A DNA stretch of 19,615 bases, from NCBI GenBank assembly GCA_044356215.1, contig JBIKWQ010000063.1, forward strand, positions 1 through 19,615. The letters run 5' to 3'. Shown here in pieces: positions 19,356 through 19,615 of this stretch; the first letter of the stretch is position 1, and the number at the start of each line of letters is the position of its first letter. A program made the position numbers and the translations under genes. A model generated the notes under the pieces. It ran no database searches. It had not been told where the DNA came from and was given only the letters and a program-made list of their open reading frames with translations. The DNA comes from Bdellovibrionota bacterium. Lineage in GTDB: Bacteria > Bdellovibrionota_C > UBA2361 > OMII01.

Positions 19356-19615
19356 CGCGGTACTCTTTAGTTTGGGGGGGGCGGGTGGACACGTCGTATT
19401 CCCACAATCCCTCTTGTTCGGTAGAAGGGTCGACTGATTTGCTAAAAGCCTTTAGGCGATAGTCCGAAATAATCAGGAGAGAGGTGCTTGTTAGTGGAAA
19501 TTATTAACCTAAAAACGGCAGTTGCGGGTCCCAAAACGGCGCATCTGGCTAAAATCACTGCGGCTTTTGAATTTTCGGTGCTCACCCTGACGGTGCCAGG
19601 GTTGCGCGCCGAAAA

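Noticed and set aside
19425..19470. Sigma28-like TAAA-N16-(G/T)(T/C)CGA motifs on both strands
   Set aside because: Spacing and -10 match are imperfect; could be chance.

Overview
Mostly housekeeping DNA from a Gram-negative bacterium; gene content looks deltaproteobacterial/Bdellovibrionota-like (inference). In order: a 119-bp tandem array built from tRNA 3' ends (cut by the window start) abutting tRNA-Ile2(CAT); a C4 zinc-ribbon gene and RNase P RNA; a pyrG-kdsA-lptC-lptA operon; a BON protein; an RlmI-type methyltransferase; an LpxH-like metallophosphoesterase; ridA; a PhoB/PhoR-like pair; a secreted SmpA-like protein; mltA; a reprolysin-like protease; a hypothetical protein; a GT4 glycosyltransferase; an RRM protein; a degenerate HDOD protein. 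The notable signals are non-coding: (1) the palindromic tRNA-derived array, (2) a 252-bp IS5-like MITE with a nested palindrome inserted in the last codons of mltA, (3) an 18-codon ORF with a 15-nt anti-16S match inside a structured region, (4) a perfect 14-bp hairpin burying the rlmI start codon. No transposase, integrase or cas gene is in the window.
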